Origin: an uncultured archaeon
GTDB lineage: Archaea; Asgardarchaeota; Thorarchaeia; Thorarchaeales; CAZPUN01
Reading direction: 5' to 3'
Length of the DNA stretch: 32,000 nt
Assembly (NCBI GenBank): GCA_964589775.1
Contig: CAZPUN010000026.1
Span: 1 to 32,000 of the forward strand
Each line of letters opens with the position of its first letter. The stretch's first letter is position 1. Position numbers and translations under genes: made by a program. Below the pieces are notes generated by a model. That model was not told the origin of the DNA and did not search any database. It saw nothing but the letters and a program-made list of their open reading frames with translations. Of this stretch, positions 8,745 through 18,885 are shown piece after piece.

Positions 8745-9425
8745 TTAAATTATTTCGGCTCCGACAATTGCTGCTGGCGGAATGTGAGTTGCGATGAATA
8801 CCAATTTTGCAGGCCTATAGAGCTCAACACCAAGTTCTTTCAGTTTAGATGTAGATATTTCAAACAGCACGACTCGTTTATCAAGTGTATCTTCACTAAT
8901 GTGTCGTCGTGCAACTTCAATGGCGTCATTCTTATTTAGCGACAAATGCACAAATTTACGTTTTTGGGGTAAAATTCCGAGTTCCATGATTATCTTTCGA
9001 TTTCCGATAGGCGAGGCGTGGTAAATTATTTCTGGTGGATGTTTTACAGGTTCAAATCCTAGATCAACATTAATCGAATGACCATAAACGGCACGTATTC
9101 TGTTATTTCGAATTTCAAACCTTCCTTTAGGATCGAACATAGCAATTGCTCGGATGTGATCTGCTTCGAAAGGAATTCCTTTTTTCTTACCAATCCTATG
9201 TGCTACTACATCAATTGTTTCAACAGTAAAGCCATTATGTGAAAGATGGATATTAAATGCACTTGGTTTATGTCTTAAAATTAGTGCGAGAACCTTACTT
9301 AGTGACATTCGGACATCTGGCTTTAGTAAAATTCGAGCTTTTTGTCTACAATGATAAGGTTCTAGTGTAAATTTTCCACAGACTCGACATTGATAAATTG
9401 TAACATTGTTGTCATATTGCGTCAT
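8745..9425 (-). CDS. kptA: RNA 2'-phosphotransferase (Tpt1/KptA)
   Basis: LSKVLALILRH, DPKGRFE, IRAVYGHS, YHAS, RKFVHLS, plus an N-terminal CxxCG...HC knuckle. ATG at 9425 preferred over GTG at 9473. Confidence 0.92.
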   Translation of the reverse strand: MTQYDNNVTIYQCRVCGKFTLEPYHCRQKARILLKPDVRMSLSKVLALILRHKPSAFNIHLSHNGFTVETIDVVAHRIGKKKGIPFEADHIRAIAMFDPKGRFEIRNNRIRAVYGHSINVDLGFEPVKHPPEIIYHASPIGNRKIIMELGILPQKRKFVHLSLNKNDAIEVARRHISEDTLDKRVVLFEISTSKLKELGVELYRPAKLVFIATHIPPAAIVGAEII

Positions 9426-9657
9426 TAAAGAACACCCCAATGCCTCAAAGGAATTTTCGTTTTTAGTAAGCACGCCATGGTTTATATATCTATTTTTTAC
9501 GGTGTTTTCAAAAAATATATTAAAATCGAAAATCTATAAATTCAGTTAGAATTAAGATTCACATTGGGAGAAAGCAACAGCCTTAAATCTTAGTTTTGCG
9601 CTATTAATAAGTGATTATGGGATGGATCATTTTTTCCTTAAGGACAGGTGACTACTG

Positions 9658-10170
9658 TTGAGTGATGGCACAGAGACAAAAACAGACAAGAAAAGAGGTA
9701 TGTTTTCAGGTATTATTGAGAAACTGAAAGGCGTATTCAAAAGGGAATCTAAACCTGTTAAATTCATAGATGAGAAAACAGTTGAGAAGATCGTGAGCAC
9801 ACCGACAAGAGTACCAGACAAGTCAAGAGCTGGGTATTCCGAAACGTCTGCACCGACTCCTGAATCACCTATTAGAAAGCGAATACCTTTACCACCACCA
9901 TCTCCAAAATTAGTACCAAAACATGAAACTACGACAGTACCTGAAAAAACAGATGTGATAAGTCCTGGTTTGGAAGACGTTTCTGAGGAAGACATACAAC
10001 TCATTAAATTGGAAAAGGAAAAGCAGATAATTCTTGATGAGCTTGATTTAATTGAATTAAAATATAAAGAAGGCGAAATAACAGCTCAAGAGCGAGACCG
10101 TAGATATGTGGAATTGATTAATAAACTATTCAAAATAAAAAGAGAAATTAGAAGACTAAAGCAGGGCTAA
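9658..10170 (+). CDS. Hypothetical protein: N-terminal amphipathic helix, Pro-rich linker, C-terminal SHOCT-like helical hairpin
   Basis: SD AGGTGA before TTG start. GMFSGIIEKLKGVF; PLPPPSP; LKYKEGEITAQE. Confidence 0.7.
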   Translation: MSDGTETKTDKKRGMFSGIIEKLKGVFKRESKPVKFIDEKTVEKIVSTPTRVPDKSRAGYSETSAPTPESPIRKRIPLPPPSPKLVPKHETTTVPEKTDVISPGLEDVSEEDIQLIKLEKEKQIILDELDLIELKYKEGEITAQERDRRYVELINKLFKIKREIRRLKQG

Positions 10171-10173
10171 TTT

Positions 10174-10911
10174 TTATTTTTCATCACTTAAAAATGCGTG
10201 TCCTGCTTCAAGTGCGATCCTTATCATTGGTTCGAGAGAAATTTTTTCTGAAGAGACAGGTTCTCCAGTATGTGTACTTCCAATAATTGTAAGTACGGTT
10301 CCTACATGAACTTTACGGATAGAACCGACAACCATCAATGCTGCGGATTCCATTTCAGTTGCAAGAACATTAGCTTTTTCCCATGTTTTCCAGCGTGCAG
10401 TAATATCTGCTTTTGGTACTTCTTCTTCATATTCTGAATAAAAGGCATCTTTTGAATGGACAATTCCTATATGATATCGGGCGTTACTCTCTTCCGCAGC
10501 TTTACTTAAATATGTAAGTAGTTTAAAAGAAGCAACTGCAGGATACTCCGGTGGTACATATTGATGTGTAGTTCCCTCATCGCGTACTGCACCGGTAGCA
10601 ATGACAATATCTCCAAGATTTATAAAGGGTTGTAATGATCCTGAAGTACCAACCCGTATGAAACATTTCGCTCCGACTCTAATTAATTCTTCAATCGCAA
10701 TTGCAGCGGATGGACTACCGATTCCCGTTGATGTTACTGAGATCTCCATATCTTTGTACTTGCCAGTAAAGGTCCAGAATTCTCTGTTTTTTGCAACTGT
10801 TCGATATTCGTCGAAAAAGTTTTCTGCTATCCATTCAGCACGCCCTGGGTCTCCAGGCAATAATACGCATTTTGCGACATCTCCCTTTCTACACCGTATA
10901 TGATATTCCAT
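10174..10911 (-). CDS. udp: Uridine phosphorylase / nucleoside phosphorylase
   Basis: YHI, LLPGDPGR, NREF, STGIGSPSAAI, IRVGTSG, RDEGT, DAFY, EMESAA. Confidence 0.92.
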   Translation of the reverse strand: MEYHIRCRKGDVAKCVLLPGDPGRAEWIAENFFDEYRTVAKNREFWTFTGKYKDMEISVTSTGIGSPSAAIAIEELIRVGAKCFIRVGTSGSLQPFINLGDIVIATGAVRDEGTTHQYVPPEYPAVASFKLLTYLSKAAEESNARYHIGIVHSKDAFYSEYEEEVPKADITARWKTWEKANVLATEMESAALMVVGSIRKVHVGTVLTIIGSTHTGEPVSSEKISLEPMIRIALEAGHAFLSDEK

Positions 10912-11037
10912 TTTTTACACTCCGGAATTATACTAAATCCTGTATCTAAAAATATGCTCAAAACAATATAAGATAAACTGTATGGAATGAAATGAAAATT
11001 TGATTATATAAAAAATAAATAAAAGGAGAAAGTCAAA

Positions 11038-14000
11038 CTAAGACTTTCTAATTAACGCTAATATTTTCTCTCTCTTGAGATAGATAACTACTACCGCAAC
11101 GACAGTTACTCCGACAACTACTATGACAAGAGCATATTGCGTCAGAAGATCATTTTGAGCTGTATTATTTTGTGCTGAAAGTACGTGAATAGTGATAGCA
11201 AAGGGCGTTTCTAAGTTAAATGCATCTCTGAATTTTATTAATACAGTATATGTACCCGGCTCACCGGAAAATACGTATGAAATCGTTTGATTTGCTTCCC
11301 AAGTGCCTGTTTCTACAGATACATTGTTCACAAGAATTTCATAGGTTGTTGGACTGAAATCTTCCGCCTTCCATGATAGCGTCACAGTGTCTGTACTATT
11401 AATTGTAATTTCATAACTAGATCCAAGAAATGTTACTACCGGCGCAGCTATAGGATGTATATATACAATTACAGTGCTCACATTCACAACGTACCATGAA
11501 TAGATGACTATGGTATAATTATACATTCCGACATCAAGTGTTCCGAGATCGATAGAGACCGTTACATTCGGAGGCGTATTTACTACATCTATTTCGGTTC
11601 CATTCATATAGAGGATGTAGCCTTCTAATGAAAATCCTTCGAGATGCCATTGTAGTAATTTATGATATGAGTATTCATTATGAATTACACTGGGCCCGGC
11701 TTCAATAGTTGGTACGAATATTTGATATATACCATAGGCAAAAAGTCCATAGATTAAGTTATTACCACCAGATATACTACCATCATTGAATAATACACAA
11801 TTGTCATTATAAAATGCAGATATGTTTGTGTTAATGAATTCTGAGTAATAATAATCGCTCGGATTTGGATACACTCCAGTGGAATTTACTTTTGTAGACA
11901 TCGTTGAAACGCCTAAATATCCATAAACATTTTCGATTGTACAATTATAGTATTTGTTGTGATTTTCAACAAATTCGGTGAAATTATTTGTAAAGTATGT
12001 TGAGTAGATTGAAAGCTTGGTTATATTGCAACCTACGAGCGTTAAGTTTACTACATCATATGTATAGACCGTACTTAATTTAACGTTCTTTACATACGAA
12101 TTCATTGCTCGGCTGGATGAAATTCTTACGGATACTGCAGGATAACTATCATTGTATTCATCGTTGATATACGTTAATTTCGCATTGTTGTATACTGATA
12201 TTTTATAATATGATTCTAGAAAATGAGAGTTTCGAATATTTAATGTTGAATATTGTTTAATATAGATATAACTATGGAATGTCGAGTTTTCTATAGTAAA
12301 TTGTGAGTATTCATTTAGATATATTGTCTTATCAAATAAAGTTGTATTTGCATATAGGGTTGTATGGCCATAACTATAAATGTATCCAACCGTTGAATTT
12401 GTAAGCACAAAAGATGCATAATCATACGATCTAATATCTTCATCTACAGTTGAATTTTTCATAATTATTCGCGAGTTTCCTCGCATTACTATAAATTGAA
12501 ACTTTGAATTAAGGATCGTTGAATTTATAATTTGCATTGTACTATTTTCGTAGAGCAATATACAATACGTTTTAGTTGAATAAACAAGGTTTTCTACATG
12601 CATTGTTGAATTGATGAAATTACCGCTTACAACATTATCGACCATTGTTATACTATTTGTTCCGGTACCCAGAATGAGCTCTTGATAATTATTGACTGTA
12701 ACATTTACGAAATAATTATTTATATTATCAAAATTATAGGTATTAGTGTATATGTATGAATAACCAGAATATGGATTTACGCCAGTGTATATACTGCCTG
12801 AAATTTGTACGTTTATTAAACTGAGCTTAGTATTATAGCTAAGAATGGCATAACTCATTGTTGTGAATAATGCATTTGATATGTTTACATTACTATCAAT
12901 CATATAAATTGTTAAAGATACTGAAACATTAGTAATAGCAATAGTTGAGTTATTGATATACATTGTACTCAGTGTGGAATTCGAGATCGTTATATTTGAG
13001 TTTGAGAATCGGTAGTTGTAATAATTAAAACCGTTAAATGTTGAATTATAAATATCGACAGTTCCACTTGTAGTAATTATTCCTCCATTTGGATAAATTG
13101 AGGTATTTACAAGAATTAATGTTCCGCCATATAACATGAACATAGTCGCAGTCGAGATATTTGAAACGCGTACGGTTCCATTATATATGCTAATTGAATT
13201 AAAGTAGATTTTTGAATATGTTAGATTCTCAGGAATTAACGTCTCGCCAGATTCCGTCAAAATACCGCTTGGAGTTATATTTGCATCACAATATATATAT
13301 GCGGTATCATGATAATATTTGGCGTATACATTGATAATTGTCTGATTTTCTCTTTGACTATTGTAGTTGTAAAATTCATAAGTTATATTCACGTTCTTGA
13401 AATAGTTAATACTATCATATACTCGAAAGCTATAGATACTTGTATTAACTATTGATAATGTTACATTTTTTAAATATGGCGAAAAACTAAAGGATGTAAT
13501 ATTTGAGCCGATAATATTAGCACTTGTATTATAATACGTATACAATGAGTTAATTGTTGCATTATATAGATACAAGTTTGAATTATCATTCTGATAAACT
13601 GTATTCTTAAATTCAGAATTTATTAATTCAAATGATGAATGATATCCGTAAAGTTCACTGGAAAGTACAGAAGTATATACATATACCGATGAATAATATG
13701 CATATATCCTATGTGGATTAGTTGTACTACCGAGACTATATGATCCATTGATCAAATATATTCTATTCCAATTCGTTAAATAGGATAACTGTGTCAAGTC
13801 CCAATCGCCTATAAAGATGTAACTATTTGGAGCCATATTTACAATCGAATCTTTTGTATATTCGTCAAGATCTACTCCAAATGTATGTGTTCCAGTAGGT
13901 CCACTGTATTGTATTGAACCGGGACCCCAGCAATATAAAAGACCTAAATAGTTCGTAATGTTTGAATGTTGTATATGTACAAATGTCTCAGGGTAATGAT

Positions 14001-14625
14001 TATGATATTCATCCATATATAGGGTCGTAATGTTTGAGTTTTCAATTACCGTATTGAGTGGAGAATAATCTGCAGAAACCTCATAGTATGTTATGTTTGA
14101 GTCCTGTATGGATACTCGAAAAGTACTTCCCTCATTTAATTGGTTTATAGTACTATTACGGATGGTAACTATGCTGTAGTCACCCATTTCAAAATAGCCG
14201 GTAATATTACAATTGACAAGTTCTATTGTAGCGTATTGATATGATTCAATAGTATCAACTGTGACGTTATACAAATATACATGAACTCCGCCATAAAGAT
14301 TCAATGTGTTATCCACAACGGAATTACTGAGCCAGAGTGTGCTGTTATCATTAACATAGATCCTGTCAATTATAGAGTTGTTTAATTTAGCAACTTCCGA
14401 ATTGTATAATCTGAGGGTATGTATTGTAATATTATCAAGATCGATAGCGGTTGTACTTGCACCAATCTCTTTCTTACTAAATTCATTAATTTTAGGTGCC
14501 ATAGAAATTGTATTTTGTATGTTTTGAGATTCGTTTTGAGGTATTGTCATCATATTTTGTGAAAAACCAAAACTAATCACAAATAACATAAATACAAATA
14601 CGGCATACGGTTTATTATTGTTCAT
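11038..14625 (-). CDS. Large secreted, membrane-anchored surface glycoprotein with beta-helix-like repeats and C-terminal Ig-like domains
   Basis: Signal peptide after ATG 14625 (SD GGGAGAG). Many I/L-x-N-S-T-I repeats and N-x-S/T sequons, GxYNYT/GTYTV Ig-type strands, C-terminal TM with a basic tail. Confidence 0.85.
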   Translation of the reverse strand: MNNNKPYAVFVFMLFVISFGFSQNMMTIPQNESQNIQNTISMAPKINEFSKKEIGASTTAIDLDNITIHTLRLYNSEVAKLNNSIIDRIYVNDNSTLWLSNSVVDNTLNLYGGVHVYLYNVTVDTIESYQYATIELVNCNITGYFEMGDYSIVTIRNSTINQLNEGSTFRVSIQDSNITYYEVSADYSPLNTVIENSNITTLYMDEYHNHYPETFVHIQHSNITNYLGLLYCWGPGSIQYSGPTGTHTFGVDLDEYTKDSIVNMAPNSYIFIGDWDLTQLSYLTNWNRIYLINGSYSLGSTTNPHRIYAYYSSVYVYTSVLSSELYGYHSSFELINSEFKNTVYQNDNSNLYLYNATINSLYTYYNTSANIIGSNITSFSFSPYLKNVTLSIVNTSIYSFRVYDSINYFKNVNITYEFYNYNSQRENQTIINVYAKYYHDTAYIYCDANITPSGILTESGETLIPENLTYSKIYFNSISIYNGTVRVSNISTATMFMLYGGTLILVNTSIYPNGGIITTSGTVDIYNSTFNGFNYYNYRFSNSNITISNSTLSTMYINNSTIAITNVSVSLTIYMIDSNVNISNALFTTMSYAILSYNTKLSLINVQISGSIYTGVNPYSGYSYIYTNTYNFDNINNYFVNVTVNNYQELILGTGTNSITMVDNVVSGNFINSTMHVENLVYSTKTYCILLYENSTMQIINSTILNSKFQFIVMRGNSRIIMKNSTVDEDIRSYDYASFVLTNSTVGYIYSYGHTTLYANTTLFDKTIYLNEYSQFTIENSTFHSYIYIKQYSTLNIRNSHFLESYYKISVYNNAKLTYINDEYNDSYPAVSVRISSSRAMNSYVKNVKLSTVYTYDVVNLTLVGCNITKLSIYSTYFTNNFTEFVENHNKYYNCTIENVYGYLGVSTMSTKVNSTGVYPNPSDYYYSEFINTNISAFYNDNCVLFNDGSISGGNNLIYGLFAYGIYQIFVPTIEAGPSVIHNEYSYHKLLQWHLEGFSLEGYILYMNGTEIDVVNTPPNVTVSIDLGTLDVGMYNYTIVIYSWYVVNVSTVIVYIHPIAAPVVTFLGSSYEITINSTDTVTLSWKAEDFSPTTYEILVNNVSVETGTWEANQTISYVFSGEPGTYTVLIKFRDAFNLETPFAITIHVLSAQNNTAQNDLLTQYALVIVVVGVTVVAVVVIYLKREKILALIRKS

Positions 14626-14856
14626 TGGAATTCTACTCTCCCAATAAATCGAAAAAATCGATTTGTGAAATTTCATAAAAAATATTATCATTTTTATTAA
14701 AAAGATTTTGGGTGAAACGACTAATATAAAAAATTAGATGATATGAAAAATAAAGCATCATTTATTATTTCCAAAATGTTTCCTTTTCAAATATTGTTGG
14801 GTTTAATAGTAAAAATTCTGTAAACTCTAACGAATATAATACAGGGATGAACTACG

Positions 14857-15228
14857 ATGATAAATTATGATATTTATGACCGCATGCTTGAAATATTCCC
14901 ACAAATTGTTGATCTTGGAAATCCACAAAAACCCAGTTCATATACAATAGATAATATTCATATCGAATTAACATCTCGAGAGGGCCCGATATTACATATT
15001 TCAATTAAACAATTTGATCCGAATCATAAAATCAAATTCAAATACCGCGTAAAAATAGATCACAGGAAGAAAACAGCTGAAGTTATTTCTTACAGCGATG
15101 AAAATAGGATGTATAACATATATCTCTCAAAATACATTATTGATGTTGAAATTCAAGAAAAACTAAACCAAATATTTTATGATTGGCTTTCGAAACGTGC
15201 AATTGATCTTTATCGTGTAGCGTATTAA
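14857..15228 (+). CDS. Hypothetical protein, DUF1249 (YqiB)/DUF6908-like
   Basis: V.ID..K.AEVISY and QEKLN..F.DWL resemble the recalled DUF1249 C-terminal pattern. Confidence 0.55.
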   Translation: MINYDIYDRMLEIFPQIVDLGNPQKPSSYTIDNIHIELTSREGPILHISIKQFDPNHKIKFKYRVKIDHRKKTAEVISYSDENRMYNIYLSKYIIDVEIQEKLNQIFYDWLSKRAIDLYRVAY

Positions 15229-15319
15229 TTTTCTTTCTTTTCATTTTATGAGAATTTTGTCATTTTATAAATAACTTTTTATACTTTAGAACGGATAATT
15301 AAAAAAGAGGTAGGTACAA

Positions 15320-16126
15320 ATGGGAGATAAAAAATATAAGAGCCTACAAGATATGCTGTCTTTTAAGGGTAAGCGCGCATTGATCACGGGTTCAGCCGGC
15401 GGAATCGGAGAAGCAGCTGCAATTCGTTTTGCGGAAGCTGGTGCGGATTTACAGCTCGTAGATATTAATCTTGAAGGTTTAGAGAAGGTAAAAAATAAAA
15501 TACATGAAAAATACAAAGTTGAAATTGAAATTTTCAGGGTAGACTTATCAAATAAGGCGGAAATTGACAATCTTTGGGAAACTATTAAGGGCAGAGAACC
15601 AGACATTCTAGTTAATAATGCGGGAATCTATCCATTCAAGGATTACGAGAAAATCGATGAATCGTTCTATAAGAAGGTTATGGACATTAATTTTTCGTCT
15701 ATATTCTGGATGTGCCAGCACATGATAACCGCCCGAAAGAAAAAGGGGGGACATATTGTTAACATTGGGACGATAGAAGCAATATTACCATTTGAGGCAG
15801 ATCTTGTACATTATAGCCTAAGCAAAGCTGCTGTAATTGCATTGTCTCGATCTCTAGCACGAAAATATGGCAACAAAGGATTTCATGTGAATGTAATACT
15901 TCCGGGTGGTATTTCAACACCTGGAACACGTGATAAGTTAAAGGATGCTCTGACCGGTGAATTTGGGCTCATAAAATCAGGTATTGAATTCAAATGGCGA
16001 TTGCCTGCAGGTCGAATGGGCGACCCCGATGAAGTAGCTAGAATGATCCTTGTGCTATCAAGTGATTTCGCAAGTTATATGTATGGTGCGATAGTTCCTG
16101 TAGATGGCGGGTTCCTTTCAACATAA
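15320..16126 (+). CDS. Classical short-chain dehydrogenase/reductase
   Basis: TGSAGGIG, LVNNAG, YSLSK (YxxxK), VN.I.PG, VDGG. SD GAGGT. Confidence 0.95.
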   Translation: MGDKKYKSLQDMLSFKGKRALITGSAGGIGEAAAIRFAEAGADLQLVDINLEGLEKVKNKIHEKYKVEIEIFRVDLSNKAEIDNLWETIKGREPDILVNNAGIYPFKDYEKIDESFYKKVMDINFSSIFWMCQHMITARKKKGGHIVNIGTIEAILPFEADLVHYSLSKAAVIALSRSLARKYGNKGFHVNVILPGGISTPGTRDKLKDALTGEFGLIKSGIEFKWRLPAGRMGDPDEVARMILVLSSDFASYMYGAIVPVDGGFLST

Positions 16127-16250
16127 GTGCCCATTTTTTATTTTTTTAAAACTTGGTTTTAATTTACACAGATTCAAAATTTGTATTTATATATAATTTC
16201 GGGAATTTACTAAATAACAAAAAATAATTTCTTGGAATTTATGATTGTTT

Positions 16251-16568
16251 TTATGGTTTATTTACAATCATTATAGCAACAACGGTAATCATAGTGTTAA
16301 TCAATGTAACTACAAATGTTAATAATCCAAAATATATTCGCATGTGTGAATTCATGTCTTCGAAACGCTTATTCATGTCCTCTCTAAGTAATTTGATTTC
16401 ATGCATGGTATTTTCGAAATAGAATTTCAAGTCGTCTTTTGTCGCAAGATCTTTATTCCATTTTAGTATGAGTGCTTCTTCAGATTTTATTTTTTCTTCT
16501 AACAATGCTAATCGGCGTTCATAATCTTCAAACTTATCATAAAGTTCATCCAATTTTGATCTGGACAA
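16251..16568 (-). CDS. Small coiled-coil membrane-anchored protein (CCDC90/DUF1640-like)
   Basis: Heptad coiled coil, LATKDDL neck motif, MNKRFEDMN stalk, C-terminal TM. SD AGGTGA before TTG start. Confidence 0.7.
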   Translation of the reverse strand: MSRSKLDELYDKFEDYERRLALLEEKIKSEEALILKWNKDLATKDDLKFYFENTMHEIKLLREDMNKRFEDMNSHMRIYFGLLTFVVTLINTMITVVAIMIVNKP

Positions 16569-16914
16569 ATAATCTCACCTATATAATACTTCAAATTAAA
16601 AATATAAAAACATAACTAAAAACTCAAAGTTTTATTAGAAAAAATTTCAAATTTAAAATATAAAAATATAAAAATATGAATAGCAGTCTATGTGATTTTT
16701 AAATATTCTATTCATGATTGATTCAAAATTATATACTATAAAAATTGGAGAATCAAAAGATTTTATATATGAAAATTACATAGTAATTATGATTTACTCT
16801 TTGACTTGGGCTACGGTGGAGAGCCAGTAAGCGAATATCACTAATTATGTCTACAAAGTTGATTACTGGCTATATCAAATTAGTATATTTAAATTTATTT
16901 AGGAGGTGTCTAAG

Positions 16915-18609
16915 ATGGCAACGGATCAGAAAACATTAATTGAACAAAAGGACAGTGCAGCGAGGATAACATGTCTTGCTGCTTATGATGATTACATCTG
17001 CCTCGGTCAGTCAGACGGTATAGTCGCCATCTACAGAGACTCATACGAACCGATCAAGACATTTGCGGACACCAATGAGCCAATAGTAAGAATCTATATG
17101 GATTCCGAATATATTTATGCAAGTACCGATGCGGGGAAGGTTTTCGTATGGTCTCTATTGGATGAAAAGCTAGAAACAATCATTGAAGAACATAATGAAG
17201 GTGAAGTCATCGTATTCAGTGATGAACATTATTTTTATACTGGAGGGGCAGATGGAAAACTGATAATTTGGAATAAAAAGATATGGGAACCGAAAAAGAA
17301 AATAAAGGCGCATAAGTCAGCAATTCTTTCAATTAGTTCAGACCATAAACATATCTATTCGAGTGCAAAGGACGGGAAAATAAAAGTATGGTTAAAAGAA
17401 AGTTGGAAATCTGATGTAATTAATGAAAATCTTAAGGATCCAATTGTAGAAAATGACGATTCACGACTTTATATAGTATCTCAGAATGAAATACATATTT
17501 TCGAAAAAGGAAAATATGATAAGGCTGTGAAAGTTCTCAAAGAAGATGAGCCTATTGACGAAATCAGAATTGATGAAAAACTAATTTACATTCTGTACAA
17601 GAACGGTCATTTCAAAGCAATACTGAAAGAAACTATGACAAAAATCTTCTTCGATTCGCGAGCCATTGGAAATCCATTGTCACTTGTGCCAACAAAAGAA
17701 TTTCTCTATGCAGCACATTCAAATGGGTCTATCAGTAGGTGGGAGAAAAAGTATCTCTTACCCGTTCTTGAAAAGAAAGAGGACAGTCCAATATTATTCA
17801 ATCGAGTTGACGAGAACTACCTATATATGGTTTTGAAGAATGGAAAGATTATTGTCAAAGACAAATATACTTTAGAAAAAATCGTTGAATTGTATGAGGG
17901 AAATAAGCCTGCTAAGATGATCTGTGTAGATAAGAATTTCGTTTATGCATCGCTTGAGAAAAACAGAATTGGCATCTGGGAAAAGAATTCATGGAAGTTC
18001 GTTATGGAGCTTTCGGACTTCTCATGGTCCGCGTTTATAATTGCAATTGAGAACGGATATTTCTACGCTGGTTCGGGATATGACCTATATATCTATGAAA
18101 AAGGTTCTTGGAAGCAAATTGCAAATTACTTTGAAGATTCTGGAATTATTACAGCGTTAATAGTTGATAACAACAATATTTACATCGGAACACACAAAGG
18201 AACAATCTCAGTCATTGATAAGCATGAACTGAAACAGATTAAATTAATAAAAGCACATAAATCCGGTGTTAGACGTTTTGTGATTCGAAATAACATATTG
18301 TATTCTGCAGGAGCTGATGGCGCGATAAAATCATGGAATATTAAAACATTCGAAAAGATCAATGAATCACATATTAGTAAAGTACCGATTAGAAGTATGA
18401 CTGCAGATGATGAGATCTTATATACTGCTGTAGCAGGGGATATTCGAGCATATGATCTAGACCTAAACTTAAAATTCATGTATATTAATCAATGGTCCAG
18501 CTCAATTGCAACGGATGAGAATTACCTATATTCTGGAAATATGGGCGGTATCATTAGGATCTGGGAAAAACCAAAACTTTACAGGAATGTCCAGAAAAGG
18601 ATCAATTAA
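16915..18609 (+). CDS. WD40-repeat protein, probably two beta-propellers
   Basis: About 14 repeats of ~40 aa (e.g. AHKSAI...YSSAKDGKIKVW; AHKSGV...YSAGADGAIKSW). SD AGGAGGTG 6 nt before ATG 16915. Confidence 0.9.
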   Translation: MATDQKTLIEQKDSAARITCLAAYDDYICLGQSDGIVAIYRDSYEPIKTFADTNEPIVRIYMDSEYIYASTDAGKVFVWSLLDEKLETIIEEHNEGEVIVFSDEHYFYTGGADGKLIIWNKKIWEPKKKIKAHKSAILSISSDHKHIYSSAKDGKIKVWLKESWKSDVINENLKDPIVENDDSRLYIVSQNEIHIFEKGKYDKAVKVLKEDEPIDEIRIDEKLIYILYKNGHFKAILKETMTKIFFDSRAIGNPLSLVPTKEFLYAAHSNGSISRWEKKYLLPVLEKKEDSPILFNRVDENYLYMVLKNGKIIVKDKYTLEKIVELYEGNKPAKMICVDKNFVYASLEKNRIGIWEKNSWKFVMELSDFSWSAFIIAIENGYFYAGSGYDLYIYEKGSWKQIANYFEDSGIITALIVDNNNIYIGTHKGTISVIDKHELKQIKLIKAHKSGVRRFVIRNNILYSAGADGAIKSWNIKTFEKINESHISKVPIRSMTADDEILYTAVAGDIRAYDLDLNLKFMYINQWSSSIATDENYLYSGNMGGIIRIWEKPKLYRNVQKRIN

Positions 18610-18885
18610 ATTTTATTTTCCTCTTTTTTGACCACTAAATATTAGAATAAAGATTCAACACTTGATTTTTCATTCCAGTACATGTAGGTTGCTGAATTTC
18701 AAATAGAATCGCTAAGCCTTGTGAAATCATGAGAATTATGAACCAAAATAGTAAACGCTAGATCGTTATCAGTGTAATGGAGTAAACGTTTATTTTAGTT
18801 AATAATTCCTACTCAAAATTAGTTCTATTAACATTTTTATCTTCGTATTCCTTAATTATTTGTAAAAAAAGTTGAGTTGATTTTG

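Noticed and set aside
16585-16745. TTCAAATT-AAAATATAAAAA near-repeats
   Set aside because: Low-complexity A/T sequence in a divergent promoter region, without regular spacing.
16808-16856. Fluoride riboswitch resemblance (GGC...GCC, CTAAT...CTAC)
   Set aside because: The GAUG core and pseudoknot complementarity are missing, and the downstream gene is not fluoride-related.
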